Positions 27,037-36,330 of a stretch of DNA of 64,000 bases are shown here, piece after piece (the first letter of the stretch is position 1; each line of letters opens with the position of its first letter). The notes beneath the pieces were generated by a model. That model ran no database searches. It saw only the letters and a list, made by a program, of their open reading frames with translations, and was not told where the DNA came from. The translations under genes and the position numbers were made by a program. Origin of the DNA: Candidatus Omnitrophota bacterium (GTDB lineage Bacteria; Omnitrophota; Gorgyraeia; 2-01-FULL-45-10); the NCBI GenBank assembly GCA_028699255.1, contig JAQVUX010000004.1:24668-88667 (forward strand), read 5' to 3'.

Positions 27037-27051
27037 AAAGGAGGCGGGTAA

Positions 27052-27804
27052 ATGACACAGGTGAAATTACATGTAGAATTATTGGATTTTTCACAGAATG
27101 CCTTGTCTATAATCTATGCGTCATGTCGGCAGTGTTATTCGGCGGATTTTGCCGGGAAGATATTTGCCGATGGCCTTAAGGACGCATCGAAACAGGAAGA
27201 ATTTGTACGGCAGGTCGTCTCTTCGGGGCATGAGAGCCCCCTTGAGCATGTGAAGTTTACCTTTGCCATTGAAGGCGTATCAAGGGCGTTAACTCATCAG
27301 CTTGTAAGGCACAGGATAGCTTCATATTCCCAGCAGAGCCAAAGATATGTAAAAGAAACCTCTTTTGACTACATTATCCCGCCTTCAATAGAATCCGATG
27401 AAGAGATGAAGAGGGAATACATCGGCGTTATGCATAAGATCCAGGATAGTTATAACAATCTGTTAAAGCTGTTTGAGAAAAAAGGCAAGAAGGGCGAAGC
27501 GGCAAATCAGGATACGCGTTTTGTACTACCTCAAGCGGCAGAGACAAAGATAGTCGTGACTATGAATTGCAGGGAACTGAAACATTTCTTCGAAGAGCGG
27601 TGCTGCACCCGGGCGCAGTGGGAAGTTAGGAAACTGGCTGAAGAAATGCTAAAGATATGCAAACAGGAGTTGCCCGCTGTTTTTAATAATTCTGGGGCAA
27701 AATGTATAAAACTTGGATATTGTCCGGAAGGCACGAAATTTACATGTAAGAAGTACCCGTTAAAAGAAGAAGCCCTTGGAGGTAAGTATGCCGATGCTCG
27801 TTGA
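27052..27804 (+). CDS. thyX: Flavin-dependent thymidylate synthase ThyX
   Basis: ThyX signature RHRIASYSQQSQRY (RHRx7-8S). RBS AAAGGAGG upstream. Confidence 0.9.
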   Translation: MTQVKLHVELLDFSQNALSIIYASCRQCYSADFAGKIFADGLKDASKQEEFVRQVVSSGHESPLEHVKFTFAIEGVSRALTHQLVRHRIASYSQQSQRYVKETSFDYIIPPSIESDEEMKREYIGVMHKIQDSYNNLLKLFEKKGKKGEAANQDTRFVLPQAAETKIVVTMNCRELKHFFEERCCTRAQWEVRKLAEEMLKICKQELPAVFNNSGAKCIKLGYCPEGTKFTCKKYPLKEEALGGKYADAR

Positions 27805-29896
27805 AAATATGTTTAAAAAAATAGTAAAAAGGGATGGCTCCGAAGAAGAGTTTGATTCCAGGAAGATTGTAAATGCTATAAATAAAGCAGGAGTTGCGGC
27901 GGGGGAGTTCGGTATTGATGCTGCCGAAAAGTTGGCTGACAAGGTTTTGAATACAGCCTTTCAGTTTACCGTTAACGACAATCCGTCAGTCGAAATGATG
28001 CAGGATATCGTGGAAGAGGTGCTTATAGCCTCTCCCTATAAAAAAGCCGCCAAGGCGTTCATTTTATATAGAGATGAACATGCCAGGATACGGGAAATTA
28101 CATCGAAGTTTAACGTTAATCTTGTGGATCAATACATCAATAACATGGATTGGCAGGTAAAAGAGAACAGTAATATGGGTTTTTCTTTGCAGGGGCTTAA
28201 TAATTATCTTTCTTCGGAAGTGAGCAAGATATACTGGCTCAATAAAATTTACACCAATAATATTAAGGAAGCTCATTTGGGCGGAGATTTTCATATCCAC
28301 GACCTTGGCATTTTAAGCGCATATTGCGTCGGATGGGATCTTCAGGATCTGCTTCTCACGGGATTTAAAGGTGTCAGAGGCAAGGCGGAGGCGAAGCCGG
28401 CAAAACATCTTCGAACAGCATTAGGACAGATAGTGAATTTCTTTTATACGCTTCAAGGGGAGGCGGCAGGCGCTCAGGCCTTTTCGAATTTCGATACATT
28501 ATTGGCCCCGTTCATACATTACGATAATTTAGATTATAAGGCCGTAAAACAGGCGCTGCAGGAGTTCCTCTTTAACGTGAATGTTCCCACGCGCGTAGGT
28601 TTTCAAACGCCTTTTACTAATATAACGCTCGACTTGACGATTCCGTCGTATTTTAAGGATCAGCCGGTAATAATAGGAGGTGAGCAGCAGTCAAAAACGT
28701 ATAAGGAATTTACAAAAGAAATGGATATGTTCAACAGGGCGTTCCTGGAAGTGATGTTGGAAGGTGACGCCAAGGGTAGGGTATTTACTTTTCCGATCCC
28801 GACCTATAACATATCGAAAGATTTTGATTGGGATAATTCAAACTTGTCTTTATTGTGGGAGGTAACCGCCAAATATGGGATACCTTATTTCGCGAACTTC
28901 GTTAACTCCGATATGAATCCGGAAGATGCCCGTAGCATGTGCTGCCGTCTGCGTATCGATAATCGCGAGCTTCGCAAGCGTGGGGGAGGGCTGTTCGGCT
29001 CGTCACCGCTAACCGGCTCCATAGGTGTGGTGACCATAAATATGCCGCGGCTTGGGTACTTGTCCAAAAGCGAAGATGAGTTTTTTGCCAGGCTGGATAA
29101 ACTCATGCGCATGGCAAAAGCAAGCCTCAGGATTAAGAGAAAAATGCTGGAGCAATTAACCGCAAATGATCTTTATCCTTATGTTAAGTTTTATCTTAGG
29201 AATGTTCATCAGCGTTTTGGGGAATATTGGAAGAATCATTTTTCTACGATAGGACTTACAGGCATGAACGAGGCCTGTCTTAATTTTTTGGGGGAAGATA
29301 TCGGCTCAAAACGTGGAAGGGAATTTGCTTTGAAAGTTATGGATTTTATGAGGGATAAGCTCCTGGAGTTTCAAAAAGAAACAGGTGATAACTACAATCT
29401 TGAGGCTACCCCCGCCGAAGGGACGTCTTACAGGCTTGCTAAACTTGATAAAGAAAAATATCCGGGGATCATAGATGCTAATAATATTAAAACGGATGGC
29501 AAAAAACCGTCATTCTACACGAACTCAACCCAGCTTCCAGTAAACTATACCGACGATCTTTTTAAATTGCTGGATCTTCAGGATGCGCTTCAGGCAAAAT
29601 ACACAGGTGGAACGGTCCAGCATCTTTTTATCGGTGAAAGGATAAGCAATACGGACGCGCTTAAAAGCCTGATTAAAAAAATATGTACAAGATTTCACCT
29701 GCCGTATTTTTCGATTACGCCGACCTTCAGCGTTTGCCCATCGTGTGGTTACATGGCCGGTGAAGTACAAGTATGTCCTACCTGTAAAAGTGTGTGTGAA
29801 GTGTATTCGAGGATCGTGGGATATTTACGTCCGGTAGTCCAATGGAACGACGGCAAGCAGGCCGAATTTAGCATGAGGAAGACATTAAAAATATGA
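27788..29896 (+). CDS. nrdD: Anaerobic ribonucleoside-triphosphate reductase (class III RNR) NrdD
   Basis: N-terminal ATP-cone. C-terminal zinc ribbon CPSCGY...CPTCKS. Glycyl-radical motif RIVGYLRPV. The start is taken at ATG 27788 (RBS GGAGG 27778-27782), overlapping the thyX end. Confidence 0.9.
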   Translation: MPMLVENMFKKIVKRDGSEEEFDSRKIVNAINKAGVAAGEFGIDAAEKLADKVLNTAFQFTVNDNPSVEMMQDIVEEVLIASPYKKAAKAFILYRDEHARIREITSKFNVNLVDQYINNMDWQVKENSNMGFSLQGLNNYLSSEVSKIYWLNKIYTNNIKEAHLGGDFHIHDLGILSAYCVGWDLQDLLLTGFKGVRGKAEAKPAKHLRTALGQIVNFFYTLQGEAAGAQAFSNFDTLLAPFIHYDNLDYKAVKQALQEFLFNVNVPTRVGFQTPFTNITLDLTIPSYFKDQPVIIGGEQQSKTYKEFTKEMDMFNRAFLEVMLEGDAKGRVFTFPIPTYNISKDFDWDNSNLSLLWEVTAKYGIPYFANFVNSDMNPEDARSMCCRLRIDNRELRKRGGGLFGSSPLTGSIGVVTINMPRLGYLSKSEDEFFARLDKLMRMAKASLRIKRKMLEQLTANDLYPYVKFYLRNVHQRFGEYWKNHFSTIGLTGMNEACLNFLGEDIGSKRGREFALKVMDFMRDKLLEFQKETGDNYNLEATPAEGTSYRLAKLDKEKYPGIIDANNIKTDGKKPSFYTNSTQLPVNYTDDLFKLLDLQDALQAKYTGGTVQHLFIGERISNTDALKSLIKKICTRFHLPYFSITPTFSVCPSCGYMAGEVQVCPTCKSVCEVYSRIVGYLRPVVQWNDGKQAEFSMRKTLKI

Positions 29897-30483
29897 AAGT
29901 AGGGGGCTTGCAGAAACTTTCGCTTATAGACTATCCTGGAAAGACGTGCGCGGTAATATTCACACAAGGATGTAATTTCCGATGTGGCTATTGTCATAAT
30001 TTGGAGCTTGTCTATACGGAGTTTTTTACCGAGCCGATTCCTTTCGAACGTGTACATGAATTTCTTAAAGAGAAGGCGGGGTTATTAGACGGTGTGGTTT
30101 TTTCCGGAGGAGAGCCGACTCTGCAGGAAGATCTTATTGACAGGATCCAAGATGTTCGTTCTTTAGGATATGCCGTAAAACTTGATACGAACGGAAGCAA
30201 CCCCTATATTTTATCGGAGATTTTGCCATATCTTGATTATGTTGCCATGGACATCAAGGCTCCTATCGGGGATAAATATGCGCGTGTATGCGGCACGCCG
30301 GTTGATGATTACAATATACGCGTGAGTATATTTTTAATAAAGGCATCGGGAATTCGGCATGAGTTCAGAACGACGTTTGATAAAAAATTGCTGATAAATC
30401 CAGATATCATAAAGATTAAGAATTTAATTGGTAAATCAAGGTTTAATCTGCAGGAATGCGCGGATAGAAAAACTTCCTTATAA
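29893..30483 (+). CDS. nrdG: Anaerobic RNR-activating radical SAM protein NrdG
   Basis: CNFRCGYCHN (CxxxCxxC) radical-SAM motif. ATGA overlap with nrdD. Confidence 0.88.
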   Translation: MKVGGLQKLSLIDYPGKTCAVIFTQGCNFRCGYCHNLELVYTEFFTEPIPFERVHEFLKEKAGLLDGVVFSGGEPTLQEDLIDRIQDVRSLGYAVKLDTNGSNPYILSEILPYLDYVAMDIKAPIGDKYARVCGTPVDDYNIRVSIFLIKASGIRHEFRTTFDKKLLINPDIIKIKNLIGKSRFNLQECADRKTSL

Positions 30484-30557
30484 AAACATCTTGACAAGAA
30501 TAGATGAATAGTGTATTCTTGATATTGAAAACCATTATCATTAAGGAGTGTATTGAT

Positions 30558-31031
30558 ATGCCAAGAGGAAACGGACAAGGCCCAGCATGGTGGCACGGAA
30601 GGTTTAAAGGTTGCGGTTACAGGATAACTGTCGGTCGTGAAGCTATTCTGGATGTGCTTACCAAAGCCGATAGGCATTTAAGCGCCGAAGATATATATAT
30701 GAAGGTGCATGCGGCGTATCCAGCGATAGGGCTTACCACTATATATAGGACGCTTGAGATCCTTGTTAATATGGGACTAGTATTCAAGTTCGACTTTGGT
30801 GATGGCAGGGCACGGTATGAACTGGCCGAAGGATCGAATAGAAGCACTCACCACCATCACTTGATATGCACTAATTGTAAAAGAGTGGTCGATTATACCG
30901 ACTTCATAGATGATGAGATAGAGTTGCTCCATAAGACGGAAAAAGGACTTTCCGAAAAGTACGATTTCGCAATTACAAACCATTTAATCCAATTTTATGG
31001 CTTATGTGATAAATGCAAGAAAAAGAAGTAG
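30558..31031 (+). CDS. fur: Fur-family transcriptional regulator (ferric uptake regulator-like)
   Basis: HHHHLICTNCKRV...CDKC metal-binding motifs. Winged-helix N-terminus. The start is taken at ATG 30558 after the RBS TTAAGGAG. The ORF track gives an earlier start at 30504. Confidence 0.8.
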   Translation: MPRGNGQGPAWWHGRFKGCGYRITVGREAILDVLTKADRHLSAEDIYMKVHAAYPAIGLTTIYRTLEILVNMGLVFKFDFGDGRARYELAEGSNRSTHHHHLICTNCKRVVDYTDFIDDEIELLHKTEKGLSEKYDFAITNHLIQFYGLCDKCKKKK

Positions 31032-31055
31032 GGGGAGATATATTTTTTTCGATAT

Positions 31056-31078
31056 AAATGGAAATGATTTTCATTAAC
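31056..31078. promoter_or_regulatory. Candidate Fur box (AAATGGAAATGATTTTCATTAAC) upstream of the DUF5320/NifX-like Fe-S gene cluster
   Basis: It contains the inverted repeat AATGAtttTCATT, resembling the Fur-box core AATGATAATCATT. A second Fur-box-like CCATTATCATTAA lies at 30536-30548, overlapping the fur RBS. Confidence 0.3.
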
Positions 31079-31106
31079 AGAAACTTAAGAAAAGGAGGTG
31101 ATTAAG

Positions 31107-31391
31107 ATGCCAGGAGGAGATGGAACAGGTCCAATGGGTATGGGCCCGATGACCGGTGGCGGGAGAGGGTTTTGCGTTGCTCCTGTATCCAGCATAAGGC
31201 CGAGATCGTTTGGAAGAGGCTACGGCAGGGGTTGGGGAAACCAGCTCTATGCCACAGGTCTTCCTCGTTGGGCAAGAGGTGCCAACGAAGCTGAAGTGTT
31301 GAAGGAAGAGGCTGGTTTTCTCAAAGAAGAGCTCAAGGCGGTCGAAGATCGTATTGAGACGCTGGAGAAGGCCCAAACATCCGCAGGATAA
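31107..31391 (+). CDS. DUF5320-family protein (Gly/Pro/Met-rich N-terminus, coiled-coil C-terminus)
   Basis: MPGGDGTGPMGMGPMTGGGRGFC is typical of DUF5320. RBS AAGGAGG at 31092-31098. Confidence 0.6.
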   Translation: MPGGDGTGPMGMGPMTGGGRGFCVAPVSSIRPRSFGRGYGRGWGNQLYATGLPRWARGANEAEVLKEEAGFLKEELKAVEDRIETLEKAQTSAG

Positions 31392-31481
31392 ATGGCGGAT
31401 AGGAGTGGAGCGCCAAGCGCGCAGTGCTCCATTCCTTGGGCATTGTGTTTATCGACATCAATATAACAAAAGAGGTGTGCT

Positions 31482-31844
31482 ATGAGATTAGGTATAACGC
31501 TTGAAGACCAGAGCGGTCTTCAGGGTAATGTTGCCGAGCATTTTGGGCAGTGTAAATATTTTTTTCTGCTGGACATTGAGAATAATAAAGTGAAGAGCAG
31601 TAGAATAGTTGAGAATACGGCAGTGCATGGCGGCGGAGGATGTATAGCCGTAGATGAATTGCTGAAATACAACGTTACCCATGTTATTGCAGGCGGGATG
31701 GGTGGCGGCGCTCAACAAAAATTCGCTCAAGCAGGCGTGAAAGTTTTCGGTTATTCAGGTAAAACAAAAGATGCGATAGATGATTTTTTGACAAATAAGA
31801 TTGGCGGGTTGGGCGCGTGTAAGGAACATGGCACATGCCACTAA
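31482..31844 (+). CDS. NifX/NifB-like dinitrogenase FeMo-cofactor-binding domain protein (COG1433 family)
   Basis: HFGQCKYFFLLDIEN...GGGG...VIAGGMGGGAQQKFAQAGVKV is the PF02579 pattern. Confidence 0.75.
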   Translation: MRLGITLEDQSGLQGNVAEHFGQCKYFFLLDIENNKVKSSRIVENTAVHGGGGCIAVDELLKYNVTHVIAGGMGGGAQQKFAQAGVKVFGYSGKTKDAIDDFLTNKIGGLGACKEHGTCH

Positions 31845-31857
31845 AGGAGAGTCGATT

Positions 31858-32235
31858 ATGAAGATCTGCGTGACATCGGAAGGTAAAACGCTCGATTCTA
31901 AAATAGATCCCCGTTTTGGAAGGTGCCAATATTTCGTATTTGTTGACACGGATACTTTAGATTTAGAAGCGGTTGAAAACCCGAATATGCAATTTCAGGG
32001 CGGCGCCGGAATTCAATCAGGGCAACTTATGATATCCAGGGGCGTAAAAGCCGTTCTGACCGGGAATGTCGGCCCTAACGCTTTTCAGACGCTGCAGGCA
32101 GGCGGTATAAAGATATATACCGGCCTTTCGGGGAAGGTCCGGAATGCTGTCGAAAATTATAAGAGCGGGGAATTAAAAACTACGGAAAACCCGAGCGTAG
32201 GGTCTAAATTCGGGATGCCGGGTAAAAATAAATAA
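31858..32235 (+). CDS. Second NifX/NifB-like domain protein
   Basis: RFGRCQYFVFVDTD...GGAG...AVLTGNVGPNAFQTLQAGGIKIY. RBS AAGGAGAG upstream. Confidence 0.75.
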   Translation: MKICVTSEGKTLDSKIDPRFGRCQYFVFVDTDTLDLEAVENPNMQFQGGAGIQSGQLMISRGVKAVLTGNVGPNAFQTLQAGGIKIYTGLSGKVRNAVENYKSGELKTTENPSVGSKFGMPGKNK

Positions 32236-32252
32236 AACCAGGGAGGTTAAAT

Positions 32253-32504
32253 ATGCCGTTTTTTGAGCCGTTAGAAAAGATGGATCCTAAACATGTTGAC
32301 TTGGAACGCGATAGGAAATCGTTAAGGGAAGAACTCGAAGCTATCGATTTCTATCAGGAGAGGATAGACGCCACAAGTGATGATTCCTTAAAGAAACTTC
32401 TCGCGCATAATATGAATGAGGAAAAAGAACACGCGGCCATGATTATAGAGTGGCTAAGGAAGAATGACGCGACACAAAACAAGATGTTTGATGAGCATGA
32501 TTAA
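32253..32504 (+). CDS. Small ferritin-like di-iron protein (encapsulated-ferritin EncFtn-like / rubrerythrin-like four-helix motif)
   Basis: EELEAIDFYQERIDAT...HNMNEEKEHAAMIIEWL shows the ExxH / E..AI..Y pattern of EncFtn-type ferritin-like proteins. RBS GGGAGG upstream. Confidence 0.5.
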   Translation: MPFFEPLEKMDPKHVDLERDRKSLREELEAIDFYQERIDATSDDSLKKLLAHNMNEEKEHAAMIIEWLRKNDATQNKMFDEHD

Positions 32505-33117
32505 TAAAGTTTCAATAGATAAAGAAGTCCGTGAGAATCATAAAGCATATCTTGAAAGAAAGAAGTTATATAAAAGTTTCGGCTACGATGTAGATAAAGA
32601 AAGGGATTTTATCTTAAGAGAGGCGATGCCACTTTCAGGTAAGATTCTTGAGGCCGGAACAGGCAAGGGCCATTTTGCGCTTGCGCTCGCGAAACGGGGG
32701 TATTCATTTGTAACCTTTGATATCTCAGAGGAAGAGCAGCGTTTTGCAAGGCTTAATATAGCGTATAACGGGCTTGAAAAACAGGTCGATTTCAGGATCG
32801 AAGACGGTGAACGCACAAGTTTTGCTGATGCAAGTTTCGATGTGGTTTTCTCTGTCAACGTCCTTCATCACCTCGCCAATCCATATCGAGTGATAAACGA
32901 CTTGATTCGAGTCCTTGCTCCGCACGGAAAATTAATCATCAGCGATTTCTCAAAGAAGGGTTTTGATGTTATGAATAAAATCCATGCGCTTGAAGGCAAA
33001 ACGCATGAATCAGGCAAGGTGAGCCTATCAGACGCCGAAAAGTATCTGTCAAATAAAGGTTTTTCGATCAAGAAAGCAAAGAGCATATACCAACATATTG
33101 TTGTGGCTACAAGGTAA
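32491..33117 (+). CDS. Class I SAM-dependent methyltransferase
   Basis: Motif I ILEAGTGKGHFALALA, motif II FDVVFS. Confidence 0.75.
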   Translation: MSMINKVSIDKEVRENHKAYLERKKLYKSFGYDVDKERDFILREAMPLSGKILEAGTGKGHFALALAKRGYSFVTFDISEEEQRFARLNIAYNGLEKQVDFRIEDGERTSFADASFDVVFSVNVLHHLANPYRVINDLIRVLAPHGKLIISDFSKKGFDVMNKIHALEGKTHESGKVSLSDAEKYLSNKGFSIKKAKSIYQHIVVATR

Positions 33118-33126
33118 ACAAGAATT

Positions 33127-33978
33127 ATGATTATTTCAGTCGCGAGTGGTAAGGGCGGAACAGGTAAGACTACAATTGCCGTTAATATGGCTTTGTCTTT
33201 AAGCAATGTGCAATTTCTTGATTGCGATGTCGAAGAGCCCAATGCCCATATTTTTCTAAAACCGGAAATAGAAGGAAGATCTTCGGCTTTTATTCCTATC
33301 CCGGAAGTAGATGAGGCAAGATGTAACGCGTGCGGCAAGTGCCGCGAAGTATGCGCTTATCATGCGATAGCCGTTATTCCTCCGAGCAATGATGCAAAGG
33401 GAAGCGTTCTCGTTTTTCCGCACTTATGTCATGGGTGCGGCGCCTGCAGTTTGCTTTGTCCTCAAAAAGCCATTAGAGAAGTAAATAAAGAGATAGGCGT
33501 TGTCGAAATAGGAATGTCGCAGGATATACAATTTGTTCATGGAAGACTCAATGTCGGTGAAATAATGTCTCCGCCTTTGATTAGGCAGGTCGAAGATTAT
33601 ATTAATCCCGCCAAAACCGTTATTATCGACGCGCCGCCCGGAACGTCCTGCCCTGTTATAGCCGCGGTTAAAAAAAGCGATTACTGCATACTTGTAACCG
33701 AGCCGACGCCATTCGGGCTTAATGACTTAGTGTTAGCAGTCGAGGTCTTAAGGAAGCTTGAGATTCGTTTCGGAGTCGTCATTAACCGCTCTGATATAGG
33801 CGATGATAAAGTTGACAAATATTGTCAGGATAACAATATATCAGTGCTTCTACGGATACCGTTCGATAGAGAGATAGCTCTTCTTTATTCACGCGGTATT
33901 TCGTTAGTTCAGGAGAAGCCGGAATATAAAGAAAAATTCCAGAAGATGTTTGCAATCATAACAAAAGAGATGCCATGA
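33127..33978 (+). CDS. MinD/ParA-superfamily P-loop ATPase with an inserted 2x[4Fe-4S] ferredoxin domain (COG1149 family)
   Basis: Deviant Walker A SGKGGTGKTT. Ferredoxin cysteine clusters CNACGKCREVC and CHGCGACSLLC. Confidence 0.8.
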   Translation: MIISVASGKGGTGKTTIAVNMALSLSNVQFLDCDVEEPNAHIFLKPEIEGRSSAFIPIPEVDEARCNACGKCREVCAYHAIAVIPPSNDAKGSVLVFPHLCHGCGACSLLCPQKAIREVNKEIGVVEIGMSQDIQFVHGRLNVGEIMSPPLIRQVEDYINPAKTVIIDAPPGTSCPVIAAVKKSDYCILVTEPTPFGLNDLVLAVEVLRKLEIRFGVVINRSDIGDDKVDKYCQDNNISVLLRIPFDREIALLYSRGISLVQEKPEYKEKFQKMFAIITKEMP

Positions 33979-34856
33979 GGCAGATAGTAGTTATAAGCGG
34001 TAAAGGCGGAACGGGTAAGACGATTCTTACAGCGTCATTTGCCGCCTTAGCTAAGAATAAGATAATGGTAGACTGCGATGTGGACGCTGCGGATCTGCAT
34101 CTTTTATTACATCCGAACGTAAAAGAACGTCAGGAATTCAAAAGCGGTAGGACCGCGAAGCTTGATAAGAAGATATGTAATAAATGCGGAAAGTGTATCA
34201 CTCTATGCAGATTCGGCGCAATTAGCGATGATCTGACTATAGATTCAGTGTCTTGTGAAGGTTGCGGGTTATGCAGCCTTATATGCCCTGCCGGTGCAAT
34301 AACTATGGAGGAGAACATAGCCGGTGAGTGGTTTATATCGGATACAAAATATGGTCCTTTTGTCCATGCCAAATTAGGTATTGCGGAAGAAAACTCTGGG
34401 AAACTTGTCGCGAAAATACGACAAGTAGCCAAGGAAATCGCTGAAAAAGACCGGCTCGACTATATTATCGTTGACGGGCCTCCGGGGATAGGATGCCCCG
34501 TTATTGCCTCACTTTCAGGCGTAGATTGCGCTATAGTAGTTACCGAGCCGACTCTTTCGGGGCTTCATGATGTGAAAAGAGTTATTGAAGTATGCGCTCA
34601 TTTTAAGGTGCCGGTTAAGATGGTTATCAATAAATATGATCTTAACATTGACATGACCGAGGAGATAGAAACATATTGTCGATCCGGGGATATTGAGGTT
34701 GTAGGTAAAATATTATTTGATAGCTCTATCCCCAAGACATTAGTAAGGGGTATAACGGCGATCGAAGGTGCTAGTGAAGAAGTAATAGAAGAGATAAAAG
34801 ATATATGGAGAAAAGTTATAAGCCATGATAATAACGAAGCAGAAACCGCTGGATGA
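33975..34856 (+). CDS. Second MinD-type ATPase with a ferredoxin insert (paralogue of the previous gene)
   Basis: SGKGGTGKT, CNKCGKCITLC and CEGCGLCSLIC. ATGA overlap with the upstream gene. Confidence 0.8.
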   Translation: MRQIVVISGKGGTGKTILTASFAALAKNKIMVDCDVDAADLHLLLHPNVKERQEFKSGRTAKLDKKICNKCGKCITLCRFGAISDDLTIDSVSCEGCGLCSLICPAGAITMEENIAGEWFISDTKYGPFVHAKLGIAEENSGKLVAKIRQVAKEIAEKDRLDYIIVDGPPGIGCPVIASLSGVDCAIVVTEPTLSGLHDVKRVIEVCAHFKVPVKMVINKYDLNIDMTEEIETYCRSGDIEVVGKILFDSSIPKTLVRGITAIEGASEEVIEEIKDIWRKVISHDNNEAETAG

Positions 34857-35481
34857 AATACTAAAATATATTAAGAATGATACAACCGTTTTCCTGATCG
34901 GATGCGCTGTCTGCGCGACTACCTGTAAGACCGGCGGCGAAAATGAGATAAAAAGTTTGTCAGAAGCACTTGAAAGGAAAGGTAAGACCGTAGCCGGGTG
35001 GGATATTCTTAATCCGGCTTGTTATGTTTTCGAGTCAAAGAAGCTTCTTAGGCGCAAAGAAAAAGAGCTTGCCGCTTCTCAATCGATTATAAGTCTTGCC
35101 TGTGGCGGTGGAACACAAGCCATAGCGGAAGTCGTGCAGAAACCGGTTTATCCGGCCAATGACACGTTATTTCAAGGGGAAATTGTCAGGCTTTCACCAA
35201 AAGAGGATCGTTTTGAGAAGAAGTGTCTGATGTGCGGGAAATGTATAGTGGGCATGACCGGTGGCATCTGCCCAATTACCAGATGTCCTAAAGGCCTGCG
35301 AAACGGCCCTTGCGGCGGGCAGAATAAAGGGAAGTGCGAAATCGATCCTGACCGTGATTGCGCGTGGATACTCATCTACAAAAGACTTAAAGAGTTGGGT
35401 CAGCTTGAAAATATGCGGTTAATGAACGGCGTAAGAGATCATAGAAAAGCAATTGATTGGTTGCTGGTTAATAAACATTAA
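34825..35481 (+). CDS. Cys-rich MTHFR_C-like domain protein (methylenetetrahydrofolate reductase C-terminal-like zinc/Fe-S module)
   Basis: CAVCATTC and CLMCGKC, followed by CPITRCPKGLRNGPCGG. The conserved NGPCGG motif is the hallmark of the MTHFR_C domain. Confidence 0.55.
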   Translation: MIITKQKPLDEILKYIKNDTTVFLIGCAVCATTCKTGGENEIKSLSEALERKGKTVAGWDILNPACYVFESKKLLRRKEKELAASQSIISLACGGGTQAIAEVVQKPVYPANDTLFQGEIVRLSPKEDRFEKKCLMCGKCIVGMTGGICPITRCPKGLRNGPCGGQNKGKCEIDPDRDCAWILIYKRLKELGQLENMRLMNGVRDHRKAIDWLLVNKH

Positions 35482-35484
35482 AAT

Positions 35485-36330
35485 ATGGCTGATAGAAAAA
35501 AAGATATTCATATTGTCAGATATTTTTCGTCATTGATTACGATATCAAATGGTAAAGTAATCAAAGTAACTAAGCCGACCATCTCGCATTGTCCGCTTGC
35601 CGGTTTTTTTTACAAAGGGCTCAAAAGATCCGGCGATTTGCCGCTTCCGCGGCTAAAGGACGAAATTAAAAAAGTCATTGAAGTCAAAATAGAACAGTTT
35701 GGTTTTTGCTCGAAAAAGCGTATCCTTTGGGATGACGATGAATCCGTGCCTTACGGCGCTTCGGAGATGATAACCCACGGTTTAAAGAATAAGATTATCG
35801 ATAGTTCCGTCATAGTCTGTGACGGCGCGGGTACGGTGGTAGTGTCAATTCCCCAGGTTGTGCAGGGTATAGGCGCCAGGATGCATAGCGTCCTTCGCAC
35901 ATCTGCAATTCCTGAGGTCATTGACAGGCTGCATCAATATGGCTGTCACACGATAAATAACGGTGGGATAATTGATCAAAAAAGAGGCGTTATTGAGGCC
36001 GCGAAAGAAGGTTATAAAAATATAGCCGTTACAGTCAGTGCCTATCAAGGAGAGGATTTAAAGAGTATCCGGGCATTGGAAAAGCAATACGGCATATCGC
36101 TGATCATTCTGGCGATATGCGCGACAGGCATCAACAAAGAGCGAATAACTGAAATAGAGAAATATGCAGATTTAGTCTGGGCATGCCGTTCTAGAGAAGT
36201 AAGGAATGTCCTGTGCATAAAAGCAGTTGAAATATTGTCAAATGCCTCGCCTGTATATATCCTTACACAGAAAGGGAAGATGTTTGTCTCCGGTTATTCG
36301 CCCAACATATTCAAAATGCGGAAGAAATGA
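35485..36330 (+). CDS. Conserved hypothetical protein, possibly DUF2099-like. I cannot verify this.
   Basis: 281-aa soluble protein with no motif I can name confidently. It is tightly coupled to its neighbours (4-nt overlap with the next gene). Confidence 0.5.
   Translation: MADRKKDIHIVRYFSSLITISNGKVIKVTKPTISHCPLAGFFYKGLKRSGDLPLPRLKDEIKKVIEVKIEQFGFCSKKRILWDDDESVPYGASEMITHGLKNKIIDSSVIVCDGAGTVVVSIPQVVQGIGARMHSVLRTSAIPEVIDRLHQYGCHTINNGGIIDQKRGVIEAAKEGYKNIAVTVSAYQGEDLKSIRALEKQYGISLIILAICATGINKERITEIEKYADLVWACRSREVRNVLCIKAVEILSNASPVYILTQKGKMFVSGYSPNIFKMRKK

Noticed and set aside
26885-27094. 69-aa minus-strand ORF upstream of thyX
   Set aside because: It is antisense in the AT-rich leader and overlaps the thyX RBS and start. 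It has no support.
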